Of a stretch of 38,084 nucleotides of DNA, positions 8,201 through 16,510 are shown in pieces. Positions within the stretch are counted from its first letter, which is position 1; every line of letters starts with the position of its first letter. The position numbers and the translations under genes are program-made. Below the pieces are notes generated by a model that was given only the letters and a program-made list of their open reading frames with translations, did not search any database and had not been told where the DNA came from. This stretch comes from a virus. Its lineage: Duplodnaviria > Caudoviricetes. The stretch is from positions 1-38,084 of the IMG/VR virus record IMGVR_UViG_3300005259_000012; one strand, written 5' to 3'.

Positions 8201-11200
8201 AAAATCTTTTTCGTGGCCAATTATAGTATGAACCGCACCGTATCCGTTGTGTTCGCTTCGATGCTCACCTTTCAGCATAACGATTTTGCCGGGATCGATT
8301 TGGCCCTTGGATTCCTTGACCATTTCCGGCGTAATCTCGCCCCAGTGGTTTTTACCATCCGGCGCATTGATGATTTCATGCGGCTTAATCGTTTCATCTT
8401 CGGCCGCCTCTTTGAGCTTTTTATCATGTCCATGTCGCAATGAATATGAGTTTTCCTTGACGCCGGTAATTCGTTGCGCCTGACGCATGGCATCATTGCT
8501 GCGCATTCGTTGCCAGGTACCAGACGACGGAGCCCATTTAAATCCATGGCTTTTTAAATCATTTCGAATGGATTCATCAGGTTTGCCGCTAAAAACAATC
8601 TGTACGCGATTGGCTTCCGCATTATCTACGATCTTGCCGCCGTCAAACGCAATTTCATGAGTGGCGTTATTGTTGCGGCGTTCAAGTTGAATAATTCGTC
8701 CCTGTATGCGTTTGATTTCGGCATTGTTATTAGTTAGCTGAAATTCGGCAAATCCCATCCGCCCCAGATTGTCCGGTACGAATAACTCACGAACTCGATC
8801 CGGCGTAATTTTCCCGGATGCATCGAGCGAGGCAATCTCATTGACTTTTTCATCCTGCGTTCCCGTCTTGCGGCGAATAATGGCATTGGCTTCTTTCATG
8901 AAGTCATGCATTTTTTGCAAGCTGAGCAACTTTTTTTGCAGTTTATCAATCGCGTTCGGATCATCACTGGAAATTGACCGTTCCGCTGACTTTTTCTGCG
9001 GCACTTCCAGCTGCACTTCAATATTGGACTGTTCCCGATCGCTCCACTTAATCGCTTCGTCAAACCTCTTTTGTTCGGTGGCAATCCGCTTTAAATTGCG
9101 TTCTGTCGGAAATTTTGCCGGTCCGACAATCATCGGACTCATGGTCTGAGCCTTAGCGCCAAGATACGTCAAAAGTTTATTTCGATACTGTTGAGCGTAT
9201 TTTTCTACAGCGGCGGGGATTTCCGACTGGTGTTCGGCGGGGACTTTTGTCTGCAATCGCCGATAAAATTCAGCAACATTTTGCGCGTAGCTTTTTTCTT
9301 CCTGAAGCGCACGAATTTCGGGATCATGACTAATTGCATTATAAGCAATGCAAGCGGTCTGCCCCAGCGGTTCAAGTTTAAACGGCAGGGCATCAACATC
9401 GGTCTTGAGTTGCTGAAGATATTCGGGACGGGAATTGCGAAGCAGTGTAACACCGGACAGGGTATCTATATACGCACTGCCATAATCGGCCGGTTTTACT
9501 GTTTCTTGATGTTCTGCGACAACGTCGCCACCAGTAGCTTTTCTTTCGGCGTCTGCGGATTTTTCATCATTTGTTCCAACCGTTCTTTCCGGTTGGAATA
9601 AGTCGGCTTCTTGTCCATGGTCAATGCCCTTTGCCGTTTCATGCAGCAGTTGTTCTTTGCCCTGCGGTTCTGCCCCGAACATGTCGGATGTCTGATTGTC
9701 GATCCGCTGTCCGAGTTCAACATAATCGCCAAGCCATTCTCTAATCTGTTTCATCGACGCAGATTTGTCAAGTAGGGCCAAGATAAAATCCCCTGCGCCG
9801 GTAGACGCCGGAGCATCGAACAAAGATCCCTGCGCCAGATAATCATCCAGCGTTTTCGCTTCGCCGCGCATGACCGCCTTGCGATACGCCACGTAATCGC
9901 GCAAGGCCTGCGCCAGATCATGTCTGATATCGTATTCCGGCTTATCCTTGGCCAGCTTGAGCACTTGACCCGTCATCGACATAACGCCGTCAACCTGACG
10001 CTTGATCCCCAATGCGGAGCGCTGTTCCACCAGCGTCGTTAACAATTGGCGGCTTTCGAGCTCTCCGTGCAGCAAAGCACCCAACACCGCATAGCGTACC
10101 CGCTGCTCTAAAGCCGGGCTGAAAGAGCCGGCAGAATTCAAAAGCGACTTATCGCCCACCGCGCGAACAAACGCCCGGTTAAAATCGTCGTTGCCGCCGG
10201 TCATGATTTCGCCGTCGTCGCCCGGATTAAAATGGTCAAGCAGATTACTTTTCCGCAATTCAATCCCGTCGGCTTCCGCCTGCTCTGCTACCGTGCGCTG
10301 CAACTTGTTGTCACGATTGGACAATTCCGCAATCCGGGCAAGTTCGGCGTCGTGTTCCGGCGCGATTTCACGCACCAGTACCGGACGCTTGACGTTTTCG
10401 GGAATCGCCATGCCACGCTGACGGGCAAAATCAGCAACCGCGCTGGCATAATGATCCGCTTTTCCGGCTTCATAAGCTTTGCGCAGCGCCATTGTACGAC
10501 CGTTGCCGGAAATCACCTGACCGTTTTTATCCGTCAAAGGCGCTCCGGTATCCGTCAACGGTGATTCGCCCAGGAGTTCCGGCTTGATATTGCCGCTCAT
10601 CTCCGCAATCTGCGCCTGGCTTGACGCCGTATCGCGATTGCGCGGCTGATACGTCTGATTATAGGCCGGATGATCGGACGTCATCACCTGATCGGCGTCG
10701 GCAATCCGATAGCGCCCCGATACTTTGACATTACCCTGCGGCGTCAACGCATCAAACATGTCGGATGCAGGAGGCTTGACAGATGTTTCCGCCGATTTGT
10801 TACGTTTTCTACGTTCAATGTAAAAACGATCATTCGCTTCACTCACACGATATTCATTGTGTTTATCGCCACTATTCAGCGATCCGGCTTCCGCTTTTGC
10901 AGCCTTGATTTCATTGTAATCTGCCTCTTTCCAGTTAATCCAATCTCCGGCTTCATAGCGAGCCCGTAACTGTTTCTTTGCTTGCTGAGATTCAAATTTT
11001 CCTCGAGCCGCCTTCACTGCGTTTATTACCTCTGTGGTTCCGGCAACATGGCGCTGTGCATCATTGAGTTCTTCTTGTTCAATGGCATTTATTTCTTTGT
11101 CGGCTTGAACGTCCCGCAAGCGATTTACCCGATCCCGATAACGAGATTCATAATCCGGCCCTTGCTGACGTTTCTTGAATTCCGCCACCATATCGACGGC

Positions 11201-12814
11201 GGCGGCGCGTACTTTGTCCAGATTTTTAATGTAGCTGTCGGCACCGGACAAGCCTTTGACTTTGTTTTTGATCGCTTCGACAAAGCGGATCACGGCCTGC
11301 GCCATGCGCTGACCCATACCCGGCTGCTGTGATTCAAGACGATCGCCAAGGTCACGCCAGAATTGCGGATCGGTAAAACGCTGGCCTAATACGTCGTTGG
11401 CAAATTCCCTCTGCCGGTCAACATTGGAAAGGTCAATGCCCCGGTCGGCATACGTTTTGCCGATGCGGTCCAGCACCTCAGTGTGATTGTCGGCGGCATG
11501 ATCGATCACCGACTGACGGAACACATCATACAATTCCGGATGCTGCCGTTCGATGTAATGGCCGAATTCGTGGCCGGTGGCAATTGCAGGATGTTCCGCC
11601 GTAACGTCGGCATTGACATACAACCGGTCTTTTCCAGTCAAAGTAGCATTGATCGGTTCATCGCTATGGAAATAGACCGGTTCCAAGCCGGTCAGTTCCT
11701 TGGTCGTGTCCGCCATTGCCCGCGCCGCCCGGCTACGCGGCTGGACGATTTGGGCGCTGTCGGCATTGCCGCCCATGCCGGTAATCGACTGGCGCAAATC
11801 AGCGACCGTTTCCGGGTCAACTTTATCCATTGCCGAAAAATGTTTGGTGTTATAAGGCGTTATCGGCGCGGCAGCCGGTTCCGGCGCAACATCAGGAACA
11901 GCGGCGGGCATTGCGGTGTTTTCCGGCATTGGTTTATCGGCCGGAATAAAATCTTCACCCGGATTTATTATCGTCGTCGCGTCATCCGTTTTCGGCATTG
12001 CTCCGGCATCCGGTGTCTTTGCGGCGATTCGCTTCATGGCCGCGCCTGCACCGCCAATCGCCATGCCGGGGATCGCGCCAGCGGCAAAAGTTTTCATCAG
12101 ATCATCGGCATTGATTTCAACTCCGGCGCCCGCACCGTATTTAACGGCACTGTTCATCAGATCCGCCAGCACCATTGCACTACCGGCTTCACCGCCGCCC
12201 TTTACCGCGTCAAGCACAACCTGCGTACCAAAGCGGCGCGACGTATCTTTTATCGCGGAACCGGCAATCTCCCTGGTAACGCGTCCGGCCATCGCACCCG
12301 GACCGGCAAAGGAAAAGAGCGCCGACTGCAATCCGGTTGAAGCAGTTGCCAGTGCGTCAATCTGCGCCGGACTGGTGTTGGCTGGCATTGATCGCCGCAT
12401 GTCATCCACGGTATCGCCGTACATCTGGGCGGCATTGGCGGCAAACATAGCCGCACCGCCGACATACGGATTACCGCCGGAAGCAGCGGCAGCGGCAACC
12501 CCGACGCCAACCTGACCGGCCATGCTGCCGGCGCCCTTGCCGAGCGTGCGCGGAATATCCATCGGATTGAGCGGATTGTAATCCGGGTAATCATTCCATT
12601 GCTGATGTGACTGCGCGAAGTCCTGGACGGTTTCATGTGCCGCCGCGCCGCCGGGAAAATTCAGCTTTTCTGCCGTGTTCGCTACCGACTGCACCGCATT
12701 GAGCGCGCCGGAGGCAAAGGCTTTACCGGTTTCAACAATAGGATTGCTTTTTTCCGGCGGCAAATATCCGCGGCTGCGCAACAGTCCGTTAAGTTCATCT
12801 TGAGTAAGCGGCAT
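5225..12814 (-). CDS. Giant virion ejection / polyvalent protein (2529 aa)
   Basis: Gly/Ala hydrophobic N-terminus; HEFGH metallopeptidase motif (~11560); DdrB-like ParB domain (QPRNR..GAP..SGNGR, ~10280-10740); ISSDDP..GFKWAPS..WQ module (~8470-9370); BECR-like nuclease (GYGAVH..YSIVTAF, ~7960-8350); C-terminal PFIKTPANI region typical of internal virion proteins. Confidence 0.85.
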   Translation of the reverse strand: MPLTQDELNGLLRSRGYLPPEKSNPIVETGKAFASGALNAVQSVANTAEKLNFPGGAAAHETVQDFAQSHQQWNDYPDYNPLNPMDIPRTLGKGAGSMAGQVGVGVAAAAASGGNPYVGGAAMFAANAAQMYGDTVDDMRRSMPANTSPAQIDALATASTGLQSALFSFAGPGAMAGRVTREIAGSAIKDTSRRFGTQVVLDAVKGGGEAGSAMVLADLMNSAVKYGAGAGVEINADDLMKTFAAGAIPGMAIGGAGAAMKRIAAKTPDAGAMPKTDDATTIINPGEDFIPADKPMPENTAMPAAVPDVAPEPAAAPITPYNTKHFSAMDKVDPETVADLRQSITGMGGNADSAQIVQPRSRAARAMADTTKELTGLEPVYFHSDEPINATLTGKDRLYVNADVTAEHPAIATGHEFGHYIERQHPELYDVFRQSVIDHAADNHTEVLDRIGKTYADRGIDLSNVDRQREFANDVLGQRFTDPQFWRDLGDRLESQQPGMGQRMAQAVIRFVEAIKNKVKGLSGADSYIKNLDKVRAAAVDMVAEFKKRQQGPDYESRYRDRVNRLRDVQADKEINAIEQEELNDAQRHVAGTTEVINAVKAARGKFESQQAKKQLRARYEAGDWINWKEADYNEIKAAKAEAGSLNSGDKHNEYRVSEANDRFYIERRKRNKSAETSVKPPASDMFDALTPQGNVKVSGRYRIADADQVMTSDHPAYNQTYQPRNRDTASSQAQIAEMSGNIKPELLGESPLTDTGAPLTDKNGQVISGNGRTMALRKAYEAGKADHYASAVADFARQRGMAIPENVKRPVLVREIAPEHDAELARIAELSNRDNKLQRTVAEQAEADGIELRKSNLLDHFNPGDDGEIMTGGNDDFNRAFVRAVGDKSLLNSAGSFSPALEQRVRYAVLGALLHGELESRQLLTTLVEQRSALGIKRQVDGVMSMTGQVLKLAKDKPEYDIRHDLAQALRDYVAYRKAVMRGEAKTLDDYLAQGSLFDAPASTGAGDFILALLDKSASMKQIREWLGDYVELGQRIDNQTSDMFGAEPQGKEQLLHETAKGIDHGQEADLFQPERTVGTNDEKSADAERKATGGDVVAEHQETVKPADYGSAYIDTLSGVTLLRNSRPEYLQQLKTDVDALPFKLEPLGQTACIAYNAISHDPEIRALQEEKSYAQNVAEFYRRLQTKVPAEHQSEIPAAVEKYAQQYRNKLLTYLGAKAQTMSPMIVGPAKFPTERNLKRIATEQKRFDEAIKWSDREQSNIEVQLEVPQKKSAERSISSDDPNAIDKLQKKLLSLQKMHDFMKEANAIIRRKTGTQDEKVNEIASLDASGKITPDRVRELFVPDNLGRMGFAEFQLTNNNAEIKRIQGRIIQLERRNNNATHEIAFDGGKIVDNAEANRVQIVFSGKPDESIRNDLKSHGFKWAPSSGTWQRMRSNDAMRQAQRITGVKENSYSLRHGHDKKLKEAAEDETIKPHEIINAPDGKNHWGEITPEMVKESKGQIDPGKIVMLKGEHRSEHNGYGAVHTIIGHEKDFARYGYNPDSYIHNVLNNPSEIWYQADRGNYGRYLLVKHGYPKGFSAIELRKIQGEDAYSIVTAFPEYPELRKKINGVRIWSHGAFSASRSQQSTAPLEPLSGKSKLHPPLEKQGPNDTVISDEIKPDDTAHPASAISDQSRSLNRSADSELSHLPLEEAGAQPNAVINKDSVNPENVKDDYSLREKHQVNPGDNPDTRKAHDDIMEDYKPGRSDWETLDQQAKAMIERDGANTLIDRMASGELKADSDLNIRLGQQLMNSKDWIERYRKKDLTAVNAMMNYVESRTEAGRSLAAGRVKEYESPEEFHRNAIKEMLLLPSKKYRDMQHKISEAQREYRESNSAEAKAKLDNLKAAARKQFAESEADTVNTLIKSIRQKYGVDPFGLTPEQASNTKMVASIMRDISAAKATLGDKVYEYWINSVLSGPQTHAANTLGNIANAALDLLPTRFVEALANKFVKNPEAASFGEFQQMNQAFRHNWKDAFKNAVKAFDLELPVTNGHLGTETKFESGDIHAAIGGKWGRALRIPGRFLVAADELAKGIVAPVEASAYAYRMAKAAGLSGDKLAASIKEQLADPRSAAVLHGRNRAIELAFQNKPWPMLERLMQLRESNSPAGWVAKFMLPFIKTPANILTTGIRKSPLGALQFGAELLRNRGKLDTKSIHHLAEQVLAWGTVGALWSMSQPDQDSEPWITGTKPGVFDSGKGAFMARNLPPTSIRIGDTWYSYNRIEPLAEGLAMIVDGISALQMARNGADGKTVSKMLFNSAVQNIRDKTFLNAVGDLIQAAEGGGDIAKFTGNFAGSWIPNAWRQTVNGMDEVVRDNKSHLQPGLDQWLDTFWVNASRGTGFSTPLPKLDLWGNEISKDAGETLVPPMLWRIMSPVRSTPAGMADADTLLWNYNRANPDAAYWPLAPQPTVREHNQTHYINADDYYRYAQQAGRNARIAINNAIAAGQLNPANPSDKDISQIKEIFRQERSRARQQVLGDKYDNQ
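7668..7695 (+). promoter_or_regulatory. Intragenic antisense sigma70-type promoter
   Basis: Perfect TTGACA (7668-7673), 16-nt spacer, TATCCT (7690-7695); predicted +1 at ~7701-7702 coincides with the first base of the structured unit. Confidence 0.65.
7702..7988 (+). ncRNA. Candidate antisense ncRNA of two tandem structured units (7702-7838, 7844-7978) ending in a U-tract
   Basis: Shared TTCTAGCGG and CTGAGCGGTTCAAGG; compensatory stems; G-U pairs on +; closing stem AACGGTGTC/GACACCGTT followed by TATTTTTTTT. Confidence 0.7.
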
Positions 12815-12816
12815 AG

Positions 12817-14832
12817 TTATTTACTCCCCTTGCGGATATTGACAAGTGTTCGGCGACGTTGTTCGCCACCGGCAGATTCTTGACGTTTGGCGGCGTCGGC
12901 GGCAAGCTTTGCCATCAATACACCGCGTTCATCAGACAATTTTTGTATCTGATCGAGATTGTTGTAATATTCCGAACGCTTGCTGGATTTACCGGAAAGA
13001 GACATTCCAGGATATTTGAGAGGATCTTCTGCATTGATTAATTCGACGGCGTTCTCTGCTCCCGACGGTATATCAGGCGCACCGTGAACGGCAAGGGACG
13101 CCAAGCTTCGCGACTTTTCTCGCAAGGGTTTTAACTGTTGGTTGATTGCATCAATTTTATTGTTTTCCGGACTGTAAATATTGATAATTTGATTATCTTT
13201 CAATCCGGCATCTTTTTTCATCCCCGCAATATAGGCTTCCTGAGCCAATTGGGCATCGCCATTTGAGTTTGCATATGTCCAGTTTGCCGCCACCAATGAA
13301 TTATTGTGATCGTTTAATAATTTTTTCTGCTGGGCGGGATCATTGGTAATTGCGCCGACATCAAATCCTGCCGTTGCGGCTTCGCGCTTATCCTGCTCAA
13401 ATTTTATTTTGGCCTGACGTTGCGCATTGTATTCCATACCTTCTTTGCTACGCGCGGCAATACCGCTTACATAATCATTCCATTTGTCCGGCACGGCATC
13501 ACGCTTTTGCAGGTCATCGGCAAAGTCGGGAATAGTGCGCCGCGTGCCATCACTGTAGATGATCTGACAATTCATCATGTTGCCGTCGGCGGGCATTTCG
13601 ACTTTAAAGCCACCCTGCTGCGCCAGATTTTGGAGTTGAGGCACCAGCATTTGTTTTTCCTGCGCCGTCAAACGGCCGTCCGACAAGGCGGTTTTTAATC
13701 CTGACGCCAGCAGATGGGTGTTGATTTCTTCCGGCTGCAACGTGCCGTAAAACTGCTGTACCGACTGTATTTGATCTTTAACGCTGTGAATATACGGGTT
13801 AAGGCTGGTGGTAAGGTTGCTTAAGTCACTGCCGCGCACACTGGACTGCGCACCGGTTAACATTGCCCGCGCCTTGAGTTCATTCGCCGCGCCTTGAACA
13901 ACCATGTTATGAATTTTGGCGAAGTTGTCATAAGAAACTTCATAGGCGCTATCGCCGGACATGTCCGCCAAAACATTTTTCCCGCCTGCCGCATCGGACA
14001 TATCCAAGCCATTCTGCTGAAGAAATCGATTTAATTGTCCGCCCCACTGATCCGGATCTTTCTTGAATTTGTAATACAGGCTTTCCGCCGTCTGAATCTT
14101 GAGCAGTTTTTGAACGGCTTCAGATTGCATGAACTGTTCCTGTTCCGGAATCGGCATGTTGGCAAACTGCTCTATTTTGCCGAATTCCTGGCCGCGCAAC
14201 CGTTGCGCGAGATTATTGGTAAGCTCTGCATTGTCCTTATCGTAATTGGCGTTAAGCGCGTTCTGCTGCTGATATTTAATCAAAATGTTATTAGTCGCGC
14301 GATTTTTTTCCCGGTCGGACAGATCATTGATGGCCGTCTGAGTCTGCATCTGCGCCAATTGATTCTTCTGCGGTAAATTTTCCTGCTCGTTATCAAGAAT
14401 ATTGCTGGTGAGCTGCTGTTGTTTTAACGCATTGGCTTGATCCCCTGCGAGGGTTTGGGCTTTGAACTGCTGGTCGGCAACTCCGTTTTGCAGCGAAAGC
14501 TGTTTATACTGTGTTTCCAACGGCTGTACCTGATCCTGCAAGGCCCACTGCTGACGCGCCCGCGCCATCTGCTGTCGCTGGAACTGGTCGGAATCGCTTT
14601 CATAGAACGGCTTTATCAGTAATCGCCCAACACGGGTATTGTCCGACAGAGCATCCATGAACCGCGCTCCGACATTAGCCAGATAAGAACGCTGCGCAGC
14701 CGGATCATACGAAGACGCAGGCGCAACCGCGACCGCAGCGGCCGGAGTGTCATAGGGGTTTGCCGCCGAACTGCCAAGCGACGCCAGAAAGCTGCTGGCT
14801 CCGTTGTCATTGATAATATCGCCGTCCGCCAT
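12817..14832 (-). CDS. Probable ejection (internal virion) protein
   Basis: 671 aa, Gln/Ala-rich helical; lies just upstream of the giant protein. Confidence 0.6.
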   Translation of the reverse strand: MADGDIINDNGASSFLASLGSSAANPYDTPAAAVAVAPASSYDPAAQRSYLANVGARFMDALSDNTRVGRLLIKPFYESDSDQFQRQQMARARQQWALQDQVQPLETQYKQLSLQNGVADQQFKAQTLAGDQANALKQQQLTSNILDNEQENLPQKNQLAQMQTQTAINDLSDREKNRATNNILIKYQQQNALNANYDKDNAELTNNLAQRLRGQEFGKIEQFANMPIPEQEQFMQSEAVQKLLKIQTAESLYYKFKKDPDQWGGQLNRFLQQNGLDMSDAAGGKNVLADMSGDSAYEVSYDNFAKIHNMVVQGAANELKARAMLTGAQSSVRGSDLSNLTTSLNPYIHSVKDQIQSVQQFYGTLQPEEINTHLLASGLKTALSDGRLTAQEKQMLVPQLQNLAQQGGFKVEMPADGNMMNCQIIYSDGTRRTIPDFADDLQKRDAVPDKWNDYVSGIAARSKEGMEYNAQRQAKIKFEQDKREAATAGFDVGAITNDPAQQKKLLNDHNNSLVAANWTYANSNGDAQLAQEAYIAGMKKDAGLKDNQIINIYSPENNKIDAINQQLKPLREKSRSLASLAVHGAPDIPSGAENAVELINAEDPLKYPGMSLSGKSSKRSEYYNNLDQIQKLSDERGVLMAKLAADAAKRQESAGGEQRRRTLVNIRKGSK

Positions 14833-15462
14833 TTAAGCACCTCGAGATAAATTATTATTGAAAGCGTCCTGGAACGACAGCAACTGCGTCGGCATTGTCG
14901 GCGTTGTATTCATGGCCGTCTGCTGCTGCATGGCGGCTGGAACTCGGGAAGTGCCGGGCTGTGCTTGGGCATTGCCATCCTGAGCGCCACCGGAATTGCC
15001 GGTTGCCGGAGCCTGTGACGAAGCATTGGCCGCGTCCGGCTGCTTATTGCTTTTGCCGCCGCCGCGCATAACGTGAGAGAGAATATTTTTGCCGACGCCC
15101 TGGGCTACGTCGGAAGTATGATATTCACCGTCGGCCGAGGGCGCTACGCCCTGAGAGGCAAGAAACTTACTGCCGGTTTCCGCCATGAGGTCACCCGTTG
15201 CCGAACCTACTTTAGCCAGATAATCACCAGTGGCACGCAAACCCTCGGCAATTTTATCGCCGATTCCGGATTCCCCGACATCCGCGCCCGCCGGAGTGTA
15301 ATTGGCGGTAATGCTCGTTGCGCCTTTTCCCCCGCCGGAAACATCGCCCGTTGCGCCGCCTGCAGCGTCGGCAACACTGCCGACTGCTTTACCGGCCGCA
15401 TCTGCCACACCGGACGCCGCCTGACCGACCGCCTCGCCAATACCGCCCAATAATTCGCCCAT
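14833..15462 (-). CDS. Gly/Ala-rich probable ejection/pilot protein
   Basis: Low-complexity G/A N-terminus, AAGGA RBS, position in ejection cluster. Confidence 0.55.
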   Translation of the reverse strand: MGELLGGIGEAVGQAASGVADAAGKAVGSVADAAGGATGDVSGGGKGATSITANYTPAGADVGESGIGDKIAEGLRATGDYLAKVGSATGDLMAETGSKFLASQGVAPSADGEYHTSDVAQGVGKNILSHVMRGGGKSNKQPDAANASSQAPATGNSGGAQDGNAQAQPGTSRVPAAMQQQTAMNTTPTMPTQLLSFQDAFNNNLSRGA

Positions 15463-15464
15463 GA

Positions 15465-15920
15465 TTATATGTCCTTACGATATAGATTAAACTTGCCATC
15501 GGCGCTGCGTCCGGTACAGCGACAGCCGAACCGCCGCGCATAGATGTTGGCGGCGTGGTTATCGACCGCAATCGCAGAAGCGATATAAGTTGCTCCCAAA
15601 GTTGCTTTAAGCTCGTTCGCCATGGCTAAACTGAGTTCCACCGCTGACGCGCCACGCTGAAACGCGCTATGGTTCCACCAGCCGCTGTCGGAAGTCAATT
15701 GTCCCCAACACGCGCCCAACGGTTTACCGGCGTCATCCCACGCCACAAACACCCGGCAAGCGCCATTATCAACGGCGGACAGCAGGTCATAGAGTCCCTC
15801 TAGTGATTGCCAGGCGGTATTAAGCCGCGGAAACACATGCTCCCGCGTCAACAGGTGACACATGACTTTTACCGCCTGTCGTCCGGCCGGTAAAAGTTCA
15901 ATGTCATTACATGCCGACAT
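15465..15920 (-). CDS. GNAT-fold acetyltransferase-like protein, start MSACND
   Basis: VFVAWDDAGKPLGAC strands and IAVDNHAANIYARRFGCR (N..A......G motif B-like). Confidence 0.6.
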   Translation of the reverse strand: MSACNDIELLPAGRQAVKVMCHLLTREHVFPRLNTAWQSLEGLYDLLSAVDNGACRVFVAWDDAGKPLGACWGQLTSDSGWWNHSAFQRGASAVELSLAMANELKATLGATYIASAIAVDNHAANIYARRFGCRCTGRSADGKFNLYRKDI

Positions 15921-16392
15921 TAAAGTTCCACCCGTGAGAACTGCCGCTGCCGCTGCTGAGAATCGGAGCCGCGCTGGTGGGCGTCGGAGATGTGCCAATT
16001 GCCATACCGAGAAGCGAACTCTGCTGTTGCGTCTGATACTGCTGCGCCGCAGCGGACGCATTGGCCAACGTCTGGCCCTTGGTCGATTCAAGCGCGGCTA
16101 TGCCCTGCGCCTCTGCGCCGGAACCGGCTAAACCGCGTTGCGCCATCGACTGGCTTAACGACGTTTTGCTGGCGTTGGCCTGCTGGTTGATCCCGTCGGC
16201 CTGGGTTTTCATGTAATTGGTTGCCAGCGTATTGCCGTTAAAAGCGTTGTTTAGCGCGTTATTCAGCATCGGCTGGTAAATATTTTCGTAGTCTGCTTCC
16301 CGTTTCTCCAGGATCTTCTGCTGTGCCGTGGCCAGAGCAGACTGGCTGGAGCTGGATTCATTGCTGGAAGATGTTTCGCCGCCGCCGCCCAT
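15907..16392 (-). CDS. Ser/Gln-rich pilot/ejection-type virion protein
   Basis: MGGGGETSSS N-terminus and LSQSMAQRGLAGSG motif; GAGG RBS. Confidence 0.6.
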   Translation of the reverse strand: MGGGGETSSSNESSSSQSALATAQQKILEKREADYENIYQPMLNNALNNAFNGNTLATNYMKTQADGINQQANASKTSLSQSMAQRGLAGSGAEAQGIAALESTKGQTLANASAAAQQYQTQQQSSLLGMAIGTSPTPTSAAPILSSGSGSSHGWNFNVGM

Positions 16393-16404
16393 GATGCACA
16401 CACC

Positions 16405-16491
16405 TCATTTTTTCTTGATTTCCGCCCGAAGCTGTTTTACCGCCCGGGCGACACTGTCGTCGATGTACCGCTTGATTTCCGCATCGGTCAT
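16405..16491 (-). CDS. 28-aa microprotein MTDAEIKRYIDDSVARAVKQLRAEIKKK
   Basis: GAGGTG RBS; fills the gap between genes; TGA overlaps the next gene's RBS. Confidence 0.6.
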   Translation of the reverse strand: MTDAEIKRYIDDSVARAVKQLRAEIKKK

Positions 16492-16510
16492 ATTGCACCT
16501 CTATCTATCA

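Noticed and set aside
10776-10806. Second antisense promoter in the giant gene (TTGACA..TACGTT)
   Set aside because: 19-nt spacer; no structured repeat or terminator recognised downstream.
11483-12515. Long + strand ORFs opposite minus-strand genes (also 23808-24710, 16769-17419)
   Set aside because: Antisense shadows of real genes with no recognisable motifs.
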